Source of the DNA: a virus
Lineage: Duplodnaviria; Caudoviricetes
Direction: 5' to 3' (one strand)
Length of the DNA stretch: 30,881 nt
IMG/VR virus record: IMGVR_UViG_3300030231_000279
Coordinates: 1 to 30,881 of that record
A program made the position numbers and the translations under genes. Shown here piece after piece: positions 17,501 to 26,336 of this stretch. The notes under the pieces are model-generated. The model was not told the DNA's origin. It saw only the letters and a program-made list of their open reading frames with translations, and ran no database searches. Numbering within the stretch: position 1 is the stretch's first letter; every line of letters begins with the position of its first letter.

Positions 17501-18601
17501 AGTATCACCAACTTTTACTGGTAAGGTGATTGATTCCTTTAACGATGATTCAAATTCTTTTTCTAAATCTTTAGCTCCCTCTGCATCATCAGTTGATTGT
17601 TCTTTATCATCCTTTTCTATATCTAACTTTTTGATTACATCGTATCCTACTAATGCAGCTTTACGAGTAACATGCTTATACCAATTAGAGTAAGCTCCAC
17701 TTGAATAAATGTCTACTTGGTTGTTTGGAGTCATTGTACCAATTACACCTGCTGGGAAATAAGAAACTGCGGTTTGTGGACCATCTGGGTATTCAGGATG
17801 TTCATAATAATCTTCAAACTTCTCATCACCAATCATATTGACAATTGTGTATCCTAATTTAGTTGCTCTATCCGCAGCTACCTTTCTGAATGTTTTATAA
17901 TTTGGTATAAAGAAGTTTGGTCCATCATCCACATCAAGTCCACCCAAACCACCAGTAGATATTTCCATCATGTATTCTTCAATTGTTTCTTTTGGTACAA
18001 ATAAACTTTCATTTAATTTATCTGTGACTAATTTAAAAATACTTTTATTAAATTTTCCATAAGCTCTATCTTTAAAGAATTTTTCTTTTTGTTCCTCTGA
18101 GCCAACTGATAATCCATTACGAACTTCTGTTCCACTTATTGCTCCACCTTGCATTGGTGCAACATATAGATATCCCCTATCTTCGTATCCTTCCGTGGGT
18201 TTACCATCATACTTTTGAAAGTATTTGTGAGTTAATCTACTAGCATCTTTTTGACCTACAACAGTAACAAATGCAGTAGTTTCTTTATCAAACTTTTTAA
18301 GTATTTCTGTTGGAGCGTATGGATTTTTAACTTGGACTACTCTATTTGAAGGAATAGAAAACATTGTAGTCATTATCTTTTTCTTTTCTCTAAAGTTAAA
18401 TGGGGAACGACCTTTTTCAGTCTTATTAGATGTACCTACATAAACATTACCTTTTCCAAACTTTTTTTGTAAGTGAGCAAATGTTTTGTAATGACCTTGG
18501 TGCATTGGTTGAAATCTACCTACATAGACTACCACTACCTTTTTTATTTTGGATTCTTCCAAAAGGATTTGCTCTACTAAATGATTGCTTAGTTTGCTCA
18601 T
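14543..18601 (-). CDS. Multidomain (poly)protein: HxGH cytidylyltransferase-like domain, small basic modules, HD phosphohydrolase and ATP-dependent ligase-like nucleotidyltransferase
   Basis: N-terminal VGRFQPMHQGH...ISGTEVR. HD domain HPEGNVLKHT...AAMFHDIGK...HFGHE...HM, resembling the HD domain of CCA-adding enzymes. C-terminal EKTDG, NLEVI, EGIVF and TFKL correspond to ligase motifs I, III, IV and V. Confidence 0.8.
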   Translation of the reverse strand: MSKLSNHLVEQILLEESKIKKVVVVYVGRFQPMHQGHYKTFAHLQKKFGKGNVYVGTSNKTEKGRSPFNFREKKKIMTTMFSIPSNRVVQVKNPYAPTEILKKFDKETTAFVTVVGQKDASRLTHKYFQKYDGKPTEGYEDRGYLYVAPMQGGAISGTEVRNGLSVGSEEQKEKFFKDRAYGKFNKSIFKLVTDKLNESLFVPKETIEEYMMEISTGGLGGLDVDDGPNFFIPNYKTFRKVAADRATKLGYTIVNMIGDEKFEDYYEHPEYPDGPQTAVSYFPAGVIGTMTPNNQVDIYSSGAYSNWYKHVTRKAALVGYDVIKKLDIEKDDKEQSTDDAEGAKDLEKEFESSLKESITLPVKVGDTILMGRFKNKKVVIKSIGKDEHGMPTINGRKVVTFRLMKEGFDVDLEDVEFPSDMPQDENTLEESCDKPMKGETEQQFRTRCFGINPLAQPPKGLMRVGEDVEESKGRLRPADLLRRKAAMAGKRAAIQRARKRTMKRRKPLAKLKKIAYKKAYLQVYDEFMKDLYPGKKKKELSIQQAKVVHKNVLRKKGRVRKRAKFRFLPDLRAKEVEKFGKTEAARIPRKKGQHRNSSSHSDLYTDENPKGTIKGLKFATVDDAKKSVSKIKSSGKSHAHKIQAAVAMEQRAKEMGKTSQAGVYRAYINKMKKKTKAKNETLGYPSKEDMNKINQKLDKQRSNTDSNKEYQYDTIKEVNEFFYMDFKKYVWKRRGEINRKLKGLSPKEKKTFLELLWKKQFGKNKSWSKVDGSKLHQMLKKDKYVKEGLKEKGITDFKSLFKKMPSDLQKRVYNLKNFGQRADKHPEGNVLKHTIMVVNRSIKDNDIDIAIAAMFHDIGKDETAGIHPKKGHITHFGHEKVSASLVKKYKKFIESVGGNTANVFYIVKNHMKYKQLSDMRPKKADKVKSFRAFDKLGKFSKHDRGGLGEEVITEGGAYGHMNHPFDSDVNLTFGQLKDIVNRALDGTLENTREKTDGQALAISWRDNRLVAARNKGHLKNKGENALDIRGVSDKFQGRGGLSDAYNFAMRDLSKAISSLSEPQRKKVFKDGACFMNLEVIYPTSVNVIPYGQALLVFHGTMEYNDEGVAIGENQGAARILAGMIKQVNQNVQSSYTIEGPPVVKLPKSQDLSKKKSVYSGKIKRLQKKYNLKDTDGVSEYHQAFWENYVDKKSPTTLDNKTKMGLVKRWAFFDKKFRLDSKNISDSKTLDWAKKTDKEKHSKIAKDNIRPFEDIFLGLGAEVLQFVSSAMTVNPDKAIRDMKKKLDKTIKDVKKSGDEKKIQKLKLELQRLKSIGGAKKIVPNEGIVFTYNGKTFKLTGTFAPLNQILGIFF

Positions 18602-18619
18602 ATATACACCTTGTCAATA

Positions 18620-18628
18620 TATAAATAT
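18620..18628 (-). promoter_or_regulatory. Putative late promoter motif ATATTTATA
   Basis: Intergenic, 18 bp upstream of the ATG at 18601; AAGGTG lies between. Confidence 0.55.
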
Positions 18629-18647
18629 AAAGAAACAAGAAAGGGGG

Positions 18648-18764
18648 TTATTTTTTGTATACGAAAGGGTCTCTCTTTTTAAGTTCAGCTAACTTTTTTT
18701 TGTAGATTCTATTTTGTCTCCAAATTTTATATTTGTTTAGAATCTTTTTAAATAATTTTTTCAT
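18648..18764 (-). CDS. Small basic protein (38 aa), missing from the ORF track
   Basis: MKKLFKKILNKYKIWRQNRIYKKKLAELKKRDPFVYKK*. It fills the gap and overlaps the upstream stop. The KKRDPFxY ending resembles small phage ORFs I recall. Confidence 0.7.
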   Translation of the reverse strand: MKKLFKKILNKYKIWRQNRIYKKKLAELKKRDPFVYKK

Positions 18765-20190
18765 TGTAATTAAATTTCTTAAATAGTTTTTGAGTTCTTT
18801 CTTGAACTCTATTTTTATATTTTACTTTAAAATTGATAAGATGTCTAAAGTTGTAATCAATAATTGGTTTTACATTCTTCATCCATTCAATCTTTTCTTC
18901 TTTAGATAAATATACTATTCTTTTTAATTCATCTAACACTGCTAAACATCGTTTATTGGTATCTTCTATTGAATCATAATCTTCATTTATATATGGATGA
19001 AAAGTTTTAAAACCTTCTCTTTTTAGTTCAGCTAAAGTTCCATGTGTACCCATTATAATAAATGGATGTTTGTGTCCTATTGGTTTAACAGTTTTTTCTG
19101 AGATATAATAATGTTCTTTATCTACTGATGTTTCAGATACTAATGTTAACATCGAATCTTTATATGGTAAACTTCTTTCAAAGTTTATACCCCATAATTT
19201 TTCTAAATCATCAAAGTCATATGTTTTTTTATCTTGGTATAGTTGTAACCAATGAAGTTGTTTTCTTAAACCAACAAAATCATGAACATCATTGTGTTCA
19301 ATATCAGGTATCCATTTAAGGTGATTACGATTTTCAGGTATTGTAAAATCATAAGTAACTATATTATTTTTTATTAAATCGAGCTCGTTTAATTTTGCTA
19401 ATGTCCAAAGTCTATGTCTCCTTAATCTTCTATTGAGATTATTGAAATCATGCTTTTTTGTTTCAATAGTATATTCCTTATTTATTTTATCCCAATCTTG
19501 GTCCATAGATAATCCATAAAATTCTTCAGATTTATTATCCCAAACCCAATGAAGATGAAACATTTTTATTCTATTTTTAATTGTATGTCTTTCACAGAAT
19601 TCTCTATACCATTTGTCAACATTATAACCAGCAAATGAAAAAACTACTTTACTATGTGGGATTTTGTATTGATGTAATTTACTATGTAATACAATAAGGT
19701 TATGGTCATATATAATACCTTCCCAATTATAATTTACCATTAAATGAAAATTATCATTTTTTTGTAATGCATTTAATGCTCTTATACTCAATCTATCAAT
19801 TATTGTATTAAGGTTCTCGTGTTCTTGTCCAAAATCGTATTGACTTGGTAAAGCCCAATTTATCGCACCATACATATCTATTTTATAAACATAAAGTTTG
19901 TCATCAATAGTTTTATCATTTTCATCTAAGACATCACATATATTTAAAAACGAGGAGTTGTGATACATATCCTTCATTGGAAACCACACACCATGCCCTT
20001 CGGGTCTTGACATTACACCAGGTTGACCTGTGGAATTGTCGGTATTGTAATCAGAATATTTTTTATTGATTTCATCTTCAACGAAAGTATTACTTGTACT
20101 TTGTTGTAATATTTCTGATGTTATGACATCATGGTCCATTGAATTAATCCAAGGGTCAGTAAAATGAAAATCTGTTACAAAATTAATCAT
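18748..20190 (-). CDS. Putative glycosyltransferase-like protein (paralog 1)
   Basis: FNNLNRRLRRHR, LVSET, ISEKTVKPIGHKHPFIIMG, LKREGFKTF..INEDYD; located in the sugar cluster. Confidence 0.55.
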   Translation of the reverse strand: MINFVTDFHFTDPWINSMDHDVITSEILQQSTSNTFVEDEINKKYSDYNTDNSTGQPGVMSRPEGHGVWFPMKDMYHNSSFLNICDVLDENDKTIDDKLYVYKIDMYGAINWALPSQYDFGQEHENLNTIIDRLSIRALNALQKNDNFHLMVNYNWEGIIYDHNLIVLHSKLHQYKIPHSKVVFSFAGYNVDKWYREFCERHTIKNRIKMFHLHWVWDNKSEEFYGLSMDQDWDKINKEYTIETKKHDFNNLNRRLRRHRLWTLAKLNELDLIKNNIVTYDFTIPENRNHLKWIPDIEHNDVHDFVGLRKQLHWLQLYQDKKTYDFDDLEKLWGINFERSLPYKDSMLTLVSETSVDKEHYYISEKTVKPIGHKHPFIIMGTHGTLAELKREGFKTFHPYINEDYDSIEDTNKRCLAVLDELKRIVYLSKEEKIEWMKNVKPIIDYNFRHLINFKVKYKNRVQERTQKLFKKFNYNEKII

Positions 20191-20728
20191 AGTATAATTC
20201 TGGATATTCTACTAATATATGTAATCCACCTTCTTTAATAGCTTTTTGATATGCAGGATATATTTTTTCATGACTATCCAATTTAGTTATTACTGCATTC
20301 GTTAATATTTTTCTAAAAGGTTCTGTATAATCGGCTTTATGCTGATGACCAGGGTCTAATGGTTTATCACTACCTTTACCAACCCTTACTATGATGTTTG
20401 GTTTCCATTCACCATCGGACATAATCTCTAATTTGTCAGCATGATTTACTAATTGATTAGCCGCACAAATTAAAAAATCCCACCTTGGATAAAATGTTAC
20501 TACTTTGTGACCTGCCATTGAAAGACCAATAGACATTCCCATTTGTGTTTCTTCCATGACTGGTGTTTCAATCATTCTATCCTTTGGTAATCCCTCGATT
20601 GTTTTACTCATTGGATTTCCATAGTAAACAATTTGTTGACCAATAAAAATAGTAGATGGGTCATCCATACAAAGTTTCATTGATTTTGTAAGTTCATCTA
20701 AATAAGGTGTATATTCTGGTTTACTCAT
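20183..20728 (-). CDS. Transketolase/E1-beta-like pyrimidine-binding subunit
   Basis: RMIETPVMEETQMGMSIGLSMAG, DFLICAANQLVNHADK, GHQH. Lacks the usual C-terminal domain. Confidence 0.85.
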   Translation of the reverse strand: MSKPEYTPYLDELTKSMKLCMDDPSTIFIGQQIVYYGNPMSKTIEGLPKDRMIETPVMEETQMGMSIGLSMAGHKVVTFYPRWDFLICAANQLVNHADKLEIMSDGEWKPNIIVRVGKGSDKPLDPGHQHKADYTEPFRKILTNAVITKLDSHEKIYPAYQKAIKEGGLHILVEYPELYYD

Positions 20729-21452
20729 AATCTTTTGGATTAAAATTTTCTTTTTCTAATTTTTTTATAATTGAATCAGCCACACATCTATGACCCTTTG
20801 GGTTAAAATGTAAATCATTTTTTAATACTGGTGGATAAAAATCAGTACGGACAGTGCAATTGTATTTATGATTTTCTGTGAAATAATCAAACGATTCTCT
20901 TACATCACCATCCACTTCAATATCACAATGAGTATCAGCAAATAGTTTTTTATATAGTGGATGATTAGCTATTTCTTTATACCAATTAATTGTTACGATT
21001 TTGATATTACTATCTCTAAAGTCTTTCATGTTATCGTAGACACTTTGTATCTGTTCATCAATAGGATGGTATGGTCCATCACCTGGTCCATTTGGGTCAA
21101 TTTGGTCTCGTGTAGGTGCGGTGAACTGATATATAAAAAGTGAAAAGTGTTTAGGTGTTAATTTATATTCATCTTTAAACATTTCGTTCAATGTTGTAAA
21201 TGACCTTATATTACTTCCACCATTCATACCGAATCCATTACCAAATGTCCAATTCCAAATATCGTAATGGTCAGATACCAATTGTATAAATCTATATTTG
21301 TTTTTAAAAGAACAATGAGTATCACGAATGTGTTCTCCATCAAAACTATGATTTAATGACTTGGGAGGTAAGTCAGGTAAAGAACTATAATAGTAAAGAC
21401 CTTCACCCCACATATAAGAACAACCGATACCAAATATTCCTTTAGAAATCAT
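20721..21452 (-). CDS. SGNH/GDSL-like hydrolase or acyltransferase
   Basis: GCSYMWGEG (block I), GGSN, DLHFNPKGH (DxH). Confidence 0.7.
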   Translation of the reverse strand: MISKGIFGIGCSYMWGEGLYYYSSLPDLPPKSLNHSFDGEHIRDTHCSFKNKYRFIQLVSDHYDIWNWTFGNGFGMNGGSNIRSFTTLNEMFKDEYKLTPKHFSLFIYQFTAPTRDQIDPNGPGDGPYHPIDEQIQSVYDNMKDFRDSNIKIVTINWYKEIANHPLYKKLFADTHCDIEVDGDVRESFDYFTENHKYNCTVRTDFYPPVLKNDLHFNPKGHRCVADSIIKKLEKENFNPKDYE

Positions 21453-22444
21453 TATGGTTTTGAATTTGGATTAAATTGATTTTTATTTTCTTTGTACCAT
21501 TTTAATGCATTCTCTAACCCACTTCTTAAATGATATTTTGGTTTCCACCCCAACGATACTAACTTAGAATTATCCAATAACCTTACGGGTATCATCGGTG
21601 CTTTGTTGTTTACGAATTCGATTGGATTGTCGTTACCCTCAATTTCTTTGATAAGTTCTAACACTTCCATAACAGTATATCCCAATCCATATGATACATT
21701 GTAGATATCATACTTGTCTACTTTTTCTGCAATAGTTGCAAATCCACTTACCATATCATCAACATGAATAACATCTCTAACTTCAGTACCATCACCCCAT
21801 AATGGAATTGGATTTAAATTATCAGCTACCTTTCTTATATTAGCAGGTGTAACATGACATTTTTCAAAATCAAATTTATCATTCGGTCCAAATGCATTTG
21901 AAGGTCTTATGATTATACACTGCATTGGGTCGTGAATCTGATTAGAGAAAAACTCACAAAGTGTCTCTCCATATCTCTTCATCCAACCTACTGCTTTATA
22001 TACGGGTACAATATCAGGTGTCTGTACTTCTATATCTTCTGTACATGGCTCATCACCCATATCAGGATATGTAGTGTTTGATGATATAAACATAAACTTA
22101 CGAACTTTGTTTCTCCAACTTTGTTCCATAAGATTTACATTCATTTCAATATTTGGTGTAACATGAAGTAATGGATTAAATTTTGTATCCAATGCATTGG
22201 ATGTATTAGCCGCTGCATGAAATACAACATCTACATCCTTTGAAACCTCTTCACAAAAAGGTGCATCTTGTAAATTACCTTTAATGTGTTCAACATTATC
22301 ACAACCATCAAAATCATTTCGTAAATCTCTACTGAATGAAGTTGCTCTTATATTTGTGAATCCTTTTTCATACAAATGTTTTATTAGTCTTGAACCAATA
22401 AATCCACTTGCACCTGTAACTAAAATTTTATCTGATTTTTTCAT
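21452..22444 (-). CDS. NAD-dependent epimerase/reductase (GDP-fucose synthase-like extended SDR)
   Basis: ILVTGASGFIG, HAAA, RPSNAFGPND, HVTP, WGDGTEVRDVIHVDD. Confidence 0.88.
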   Translation of the reverse strand: MKKSDKILVTGASGFIGSRLIKHLYEKGFTNIRATSFSRDLRNDFDGCDNVEHIKGNLQDAPFCEEVSKDVDVVFHAAANTSNALDTKFNPLLHVTPNIEMNVNLMEQSWRNKVRKFMFISSNTTYPDMGDEPCTEDIEVQTPDIVPVYKAVGWMKRYGETLCEFFSNQIHDPMQCIIIRPSNAFGPNDKFDFEKCHVTPANIRKVADNLNPIPLWGDGTEVRDVIHVDDMVSGFATIAEKVDKYDIYNVSYGLGYTVMEVLELIKEIEGNDNPIEFVNNKAPMIPVRLLDNSKLVSLGWKPKYHLRSGLENALKWYKENKNQFNPNSKP

Positions 22445-23189
22445 ATATTATATTTGCTAATTGTTTGTGTCCTTCGATTGATAAGTGAGCATCACCATGT
22501 GGAACTCCCTCCACATCCATAATTCTCAGTTTATTTTGTACTGCCCAATCTACTATTGGTTTACCATGTGGATTGATTACCCTATCTATATTTTTTAGTC
22601 TAATCTCCTCATCCCAAGTTACCCAATAATTATCTATGTTTCTTTTTTCACACCATGAATTAAATAAATCCATTTGCATCGATATTTTTTCCCAATGATA
22701 ATCTATATCGAATACTTCTACTATATAATTTTTATAGTATTGGTCAAATGGTTCTTCTAAACCTGGAACAAAAGTTGGTTTAGTCCAACCAATTCTATTT
22801 ACATCCTCATGGACTACTTTTCCAGATACTCCATTGTAACTATAATATTTATTTCCATTTTTAAATCCAAGTCTGGTTGGTAGTGATAATTGATTTACTA
22901 TTAATACTTTATTTAGATTTCTATGTTTTTTTAATTCTTTATACGCTCTTTCAATAATTAAATTATTTGATGAACAACTTGTAGATATATTTTTCCATTT
23001 AGAGTTGAATAAATCTCCAAGTATTTTTGGATATGCTTGTGTAAACATCCACTTATCTGATATTTCATGAGTTATAAATTTTTCTTTAGAAAAAAATTCA
23101 TATAAATCAGGGTGATTCAATCCACCTCCTTCAGTAAAACTACAACCATTACCGATTATTAAATCATATTTTGATTCCAAATTGTCCAT
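22428..23189 (-). CDS. SGNH/GDSL-like hydrolase or acyltransferase
   Basis: NGCSFTEGGG, SSN, DAHLSIEGH. ATG at 23189 preferred over TTG at 23201. Confidence 0.7.
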   Translation of the reverse strand: MDNLESKYDLIIGNGCSFTEGGGLNHPDLYEFFSKEKFITHEISDKWMFTQAYPKILGDLFNSKWKNISTSCSSNNLIIERAYKELKKHRNLNKVLIVNQLSLPTRLGFKNGNKYYSYNGVSGKVVHEDVNRIGWTKPTFVPGLEEPFDQYYKNYIVEVFDIDYHWEKISMQMDLFNSWCEKRNIDNYWVTWDEEIRLKNIDRVINPHGKPIVDWAVQNKLRIMDVEGVPHGDAHLSIEGHKQLANIIYEKIR

Positions 23190-24258
23190 ATCTTTTTTCA
23201 ATAAATTTATTTATTAATATTTTATTTTGTTCTGCTTTTTCAAATGTATCTTTATATTTCTCTTGAATTTCATCTAAAGACATTGAACATAATTCAATTA
23301 TTTTTTCTCTTATACTATTTGGATTATAATAATCTATATTAAAATAATCTATATCTATACCTATTGACTTATACCATTTTCTCCAAAATAATACCATACT
23401 CATTGTTCTTGTTACATTACTATGACCGAGAGCAGGATACAATGACCAATCATTTTCAAGTATAAAGTATATCCATAATAAAAATGGTTTACCATGTAAC
23501 AATGGTTTTAAAGTTTTTTCAGTAACCAAATTATGTGCACTTGGTGAAACGATTTCAAATAATGTTTTTTCATATAAAGGTGTTACACTATTTGAATGTA
23601 ATATTCCATTATGAACTTTTTCTAAATGTGACTCTTTATCATCAATTTCACCCTCAAACTTGTCAAGTGATATATCTGGTGATATTCTCATCCAATGAAA
23701 TGAACATATACCCTTTGTCAGTAAATTATTTTTATCTAAAAAATCAAACAAGTTTATCCTTGCTTCTTTTTGTCTTGAATTTAAAGTCAGAAAATGCCTA
23801 TTAGGTTTTGTCTCACACTTAATATGGAAAAATTCTTCCATCCAACTAAGTACAGTTATTCCATAATTAATATTTTCATAATCATCTGATAAAAATCCAG
23901 TATCATAAATTTCAATGTTGTATTTACTAAGATATAACGATTTTAAAAGTTCATAAATATGTTGTTCATAAAGGTCAACATTGTAATTGTCAGTTTGTGC
24001 AAAAATAATTTTATAAACTTTTTTTTCTTCATGTTTTTTCAGTAAATCTTTACCTGCTTTTGTATCTTGCAAAAAAGTATAAACATCATCTATTGTATGA
24101 TAAAGAATTTTAGTAATTTTAGGCCACTCATAATTGATTGAAGATTTAAGCCATGAAGATGGTTCTGTATTTTTTACATTTCTAATTTCTAAGTCAAATA
24201 ATTCAACTAATTTTGATTTTGTGTCACTAAGTGATTTTTCAGTTGTGTAAAATATCAT
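23164..24258 (-). CDS. Putative glycosyltransferase-like protein (paralog 2)
   Basis: FLTLNSRQKEAR and VTEKTLKPLLHGKPFL motifs shared with the 18748 and 25173 genes. Confidence 0.5.
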   Translation of the reverse strand: MIFYTTEKSLSDTKSKLVELFDLEIRNVKNTEPSSWLKSSINYEWPKITKILYHTIDDVYTFLQDTKAGKDLLKKHEEKKVYKIIFAQTDNYNVDLYEQHIYELLKSLYLSKYNIEIYDTGFLSDDYENINYGITVLSWMEEFFHIKCETKPNRHFLTLNSRQKEARINLFDFLDKNNLLTKGICSFHWMRISPDISLDKFEGEIDDKESHLEKVHNGILHSNSVTPLYEKTLFEIVSPSAHNLVTEKTLKPLLHGKPFLLWIYFILENDWSLYPALGHSNVTRTMSMVLFWRKWYKSIGIDIDYFNIDYYNPNSIREKIIELCSMSLDEIQEKYKDTFEKAEQNKILINKFIEKRYGQFGIKI

Positions 24259-25183
24259 TGTCTTTGTAAAAATTATATGTATTTTTTATACCATCACTAA
24301 AACCAAGTTTTGGTAATAATCCAAATTCTTTTTGAATTTCAGTGCTCATTAATCTTCTTGCATCACCATTTGGTTTTGAAGAATCCCAATTTATTTTTAT
24401 ATTTTTTCCACTAACCTTTGATACAGTTTCAATCATTCTTTTTATTGATATTTCTTCACCACTACCTAAGTTACTTGTGATATGTAATTTTTCTTCAAAA
24501 CATTTTATAGATGCATCTGCCACATCACCACCATAAATAAAATCTCTTGTTGGTGTACCATCGCCCCATGCAACTATTTCATCGGTTGCTTCAAATACTT
24601 TTCTTATTGTAGATGCTATAGCAGTAGAACCTTCACCAAAGTTATCATACTCACCAAATATGTTAGCTGGTCTTACAATTGTGTATTTATCATAACCCTC
24701 TTGTACTTTGTATGCTTCTAAATACAATTCAGGTATTCTCTTACTCCACCCACCATACCAATCTTTTTCAGATGGGAATGTAGACCATACAGTATCTTCA
24801 ACAAATACTTCTGCTGGCTGATATACACCAACAGATGACATATAAACTAACCAACAATCATGTTTTACACAATTATCAGTAATATTTACATTTACCTTTA
24901 TAGATGGTTCTAAATAATCTATTGGTTTTGTCTGTACTCTAATAGGTGAACCTTTTATACCAAATGCGTTAATTACACCATCAAATTTAAATTGGTCAAA
25001 TAAGACTGATACATCATCAGCATCTCTTAAATCTATTTGATGAAATTCAAAATTTTTTGTTGGAAGAAATTGAGATGTTTTTATATCAACACCTATTACT
25101 TCATAACCTTTTTCTACTAATTTATTGGCTGTGTGAGTTCCTACCAAACCACTACAACCTGTTACTAATACTTTACCATTCAT
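24239..25183 (-). CDS. NAD-dependent epimerase/reductase (GDP-fucose synthase-like extended SDR)
   Basis: VLVTGCSGLVG, RPANIFGEYDNF, WGDGTPTRDFIY, WDSSKPNG. Confidence 0.88.
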   Translation of the reverse strand: MNGKVLVTGCSGLVGTHTANKLVEKGYEVIGVDIKTSQFLPTKNFEFHQIDLRDADDVSVLFDQFKFDGVINAFGIKGSPIRVQTKPIDYLEPSIKVNVNITDNCVKHDCWLVYMSSVGVYQPAEVFVEDTVWSTFPSEKDWYGGWSKRIPELYLEAYKVQEGYDKYTIVRPANIFGEYDNFGEGSTAIASTIRKVFEATDEIVAWGDGTPTRDFIYGGDVADASIKCFEEKLHITSNLGSGEEISIKRMIETVSKVSGKNIKINWDSSKPNGDARRLMSTEIQKEFGLLPKLGFSDGIKNTYNFYKDNDILHN

Positions 25184-26336
25184 TTTCTATCTTTTCAAAA
25201 TATTTATCTAACGAGTCTGTTGGAAGTTTACTTAATAAATTGTGATTATGTACTAAAACTTTTTTTGTTTTAGAATATAAATCATTTACATCTAAAATAT
25301 CCATTTTTTTTATTTTTAGTATTTCTTCTAATACTTTTTCATATCTTAATTTTGGGTCATCTATTTCATCATAACTTTCATCCCAAAATTCACTAAAAGT
25401 TTGGAATCCATGAGTTCTCAATTGTTTTAAATATCCTTTTGGGCCTAATACAAAAAAGGGCTGATACATCGCAATTGGTCTTAAAACTTTTTCTGAAATA
25501 AAAATTACATTATTCTCAAAAGTTGTTTCAGTTACTATGTGTATGTTAGAATTTTGATACAAATCTTTTCTATATGTATCACCAATCATAAAACTATTTA
25601 ACCTTTCTTTTGGTATATCGTAAGTGTCTAATTGCATTGGTAGATGTGTTATGTAATCTCTCATAGTCTGCTCATGCCACAAGTCCTTATACAATTCATT
25701 ATTTTTTGTATCAATTTGCTCAAAGTAAAACTTGTTTAAAAATGAAAAACAACTATTCTCATGAAGTTTATGTTCAAAAAAGTCATAAAATAATCTAAGT
25801 CTTGCATATTTACCTTCAAGTTGTCTGTTAAAACATAAGAAGTAATTACTTCTAAAAAATTCAATTTGATTTTGTTTTAATTTTTCACTTACATACCCCA
25901 ATTCGTTTTTGTGTCCAAACGCATTACTTAATGCTACAATTGTACTTTCAATAAAATAATCAAATTGATATCCAAATTTAGATGTTGGTGTACCACCTAT
26001 TATAATTGGGTCAAGTTCTTCCCACCAATGTTTTGCATTTTCAATTGATTCATCATAAGAAGGGTCAGATAGAAAACCGAAAACTATTTTACAACCTTTA
26101 TTTTTTAATTCTAATAATTTGTCTCTATACTTGTACTCAATTATAAATCTATCTATACTTGTAAATTCAAAAACAATTAAGTTTTTGTAACCCTCTTTAT
26201 ATTCAAAGTACTCAGTTCTACTGTGATTATGTTTTAAGATAATCTCATTACTAATAGGACCTTTACTACAACAACCTTTAGGACCATTTCCTTGACCCCA
26301 TGTTTTTTCAAAAATAAAATTTAAAAGACTACCCAT
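25173..26336 (-). CDS. Putative glycosyltransferase-like protein (paralog 3)
   Basis: FLCFNR, IVTET, ISEKVLRPIAMYQPFFVLG, LRTHGFQTFSEFWDESYD. Confidence 0.55.
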   Translation of the reverse strand: MGSLLNFIFEKTWGQGNGPKGCCSKGPISNEIILKHNHSRTEYFEYKEGYKNLIVFEFTSIDRFIIEYKYRDKLLELKNKGCKIVFGFLSDPSYDESIENAKHWWEELDPIIIGGTPTSKFGYQFDYFIESTIVALSNAFGHKNELGYVSEKLKQNQIEFFRSNYFLCFNRQLEGKYARLRLFYDFFEHKLHENSCFSFLNKFYFEQIDTKNNELYKDLWHEQTMRDYITHLPMQLDTYDIPKERLNSFMIGDTYRKDLYQNSNIHIVTETTFENNVIFISEKVLRPIAMYQPFFVLGPKGYLKQLRTHGFQTFSEFWDESYDEIDDPKLRYEKVLEEILKIKKMDILDVNDLYSKTKKVLVHNHNLLSKLPTDSLDKYFEKIENEW

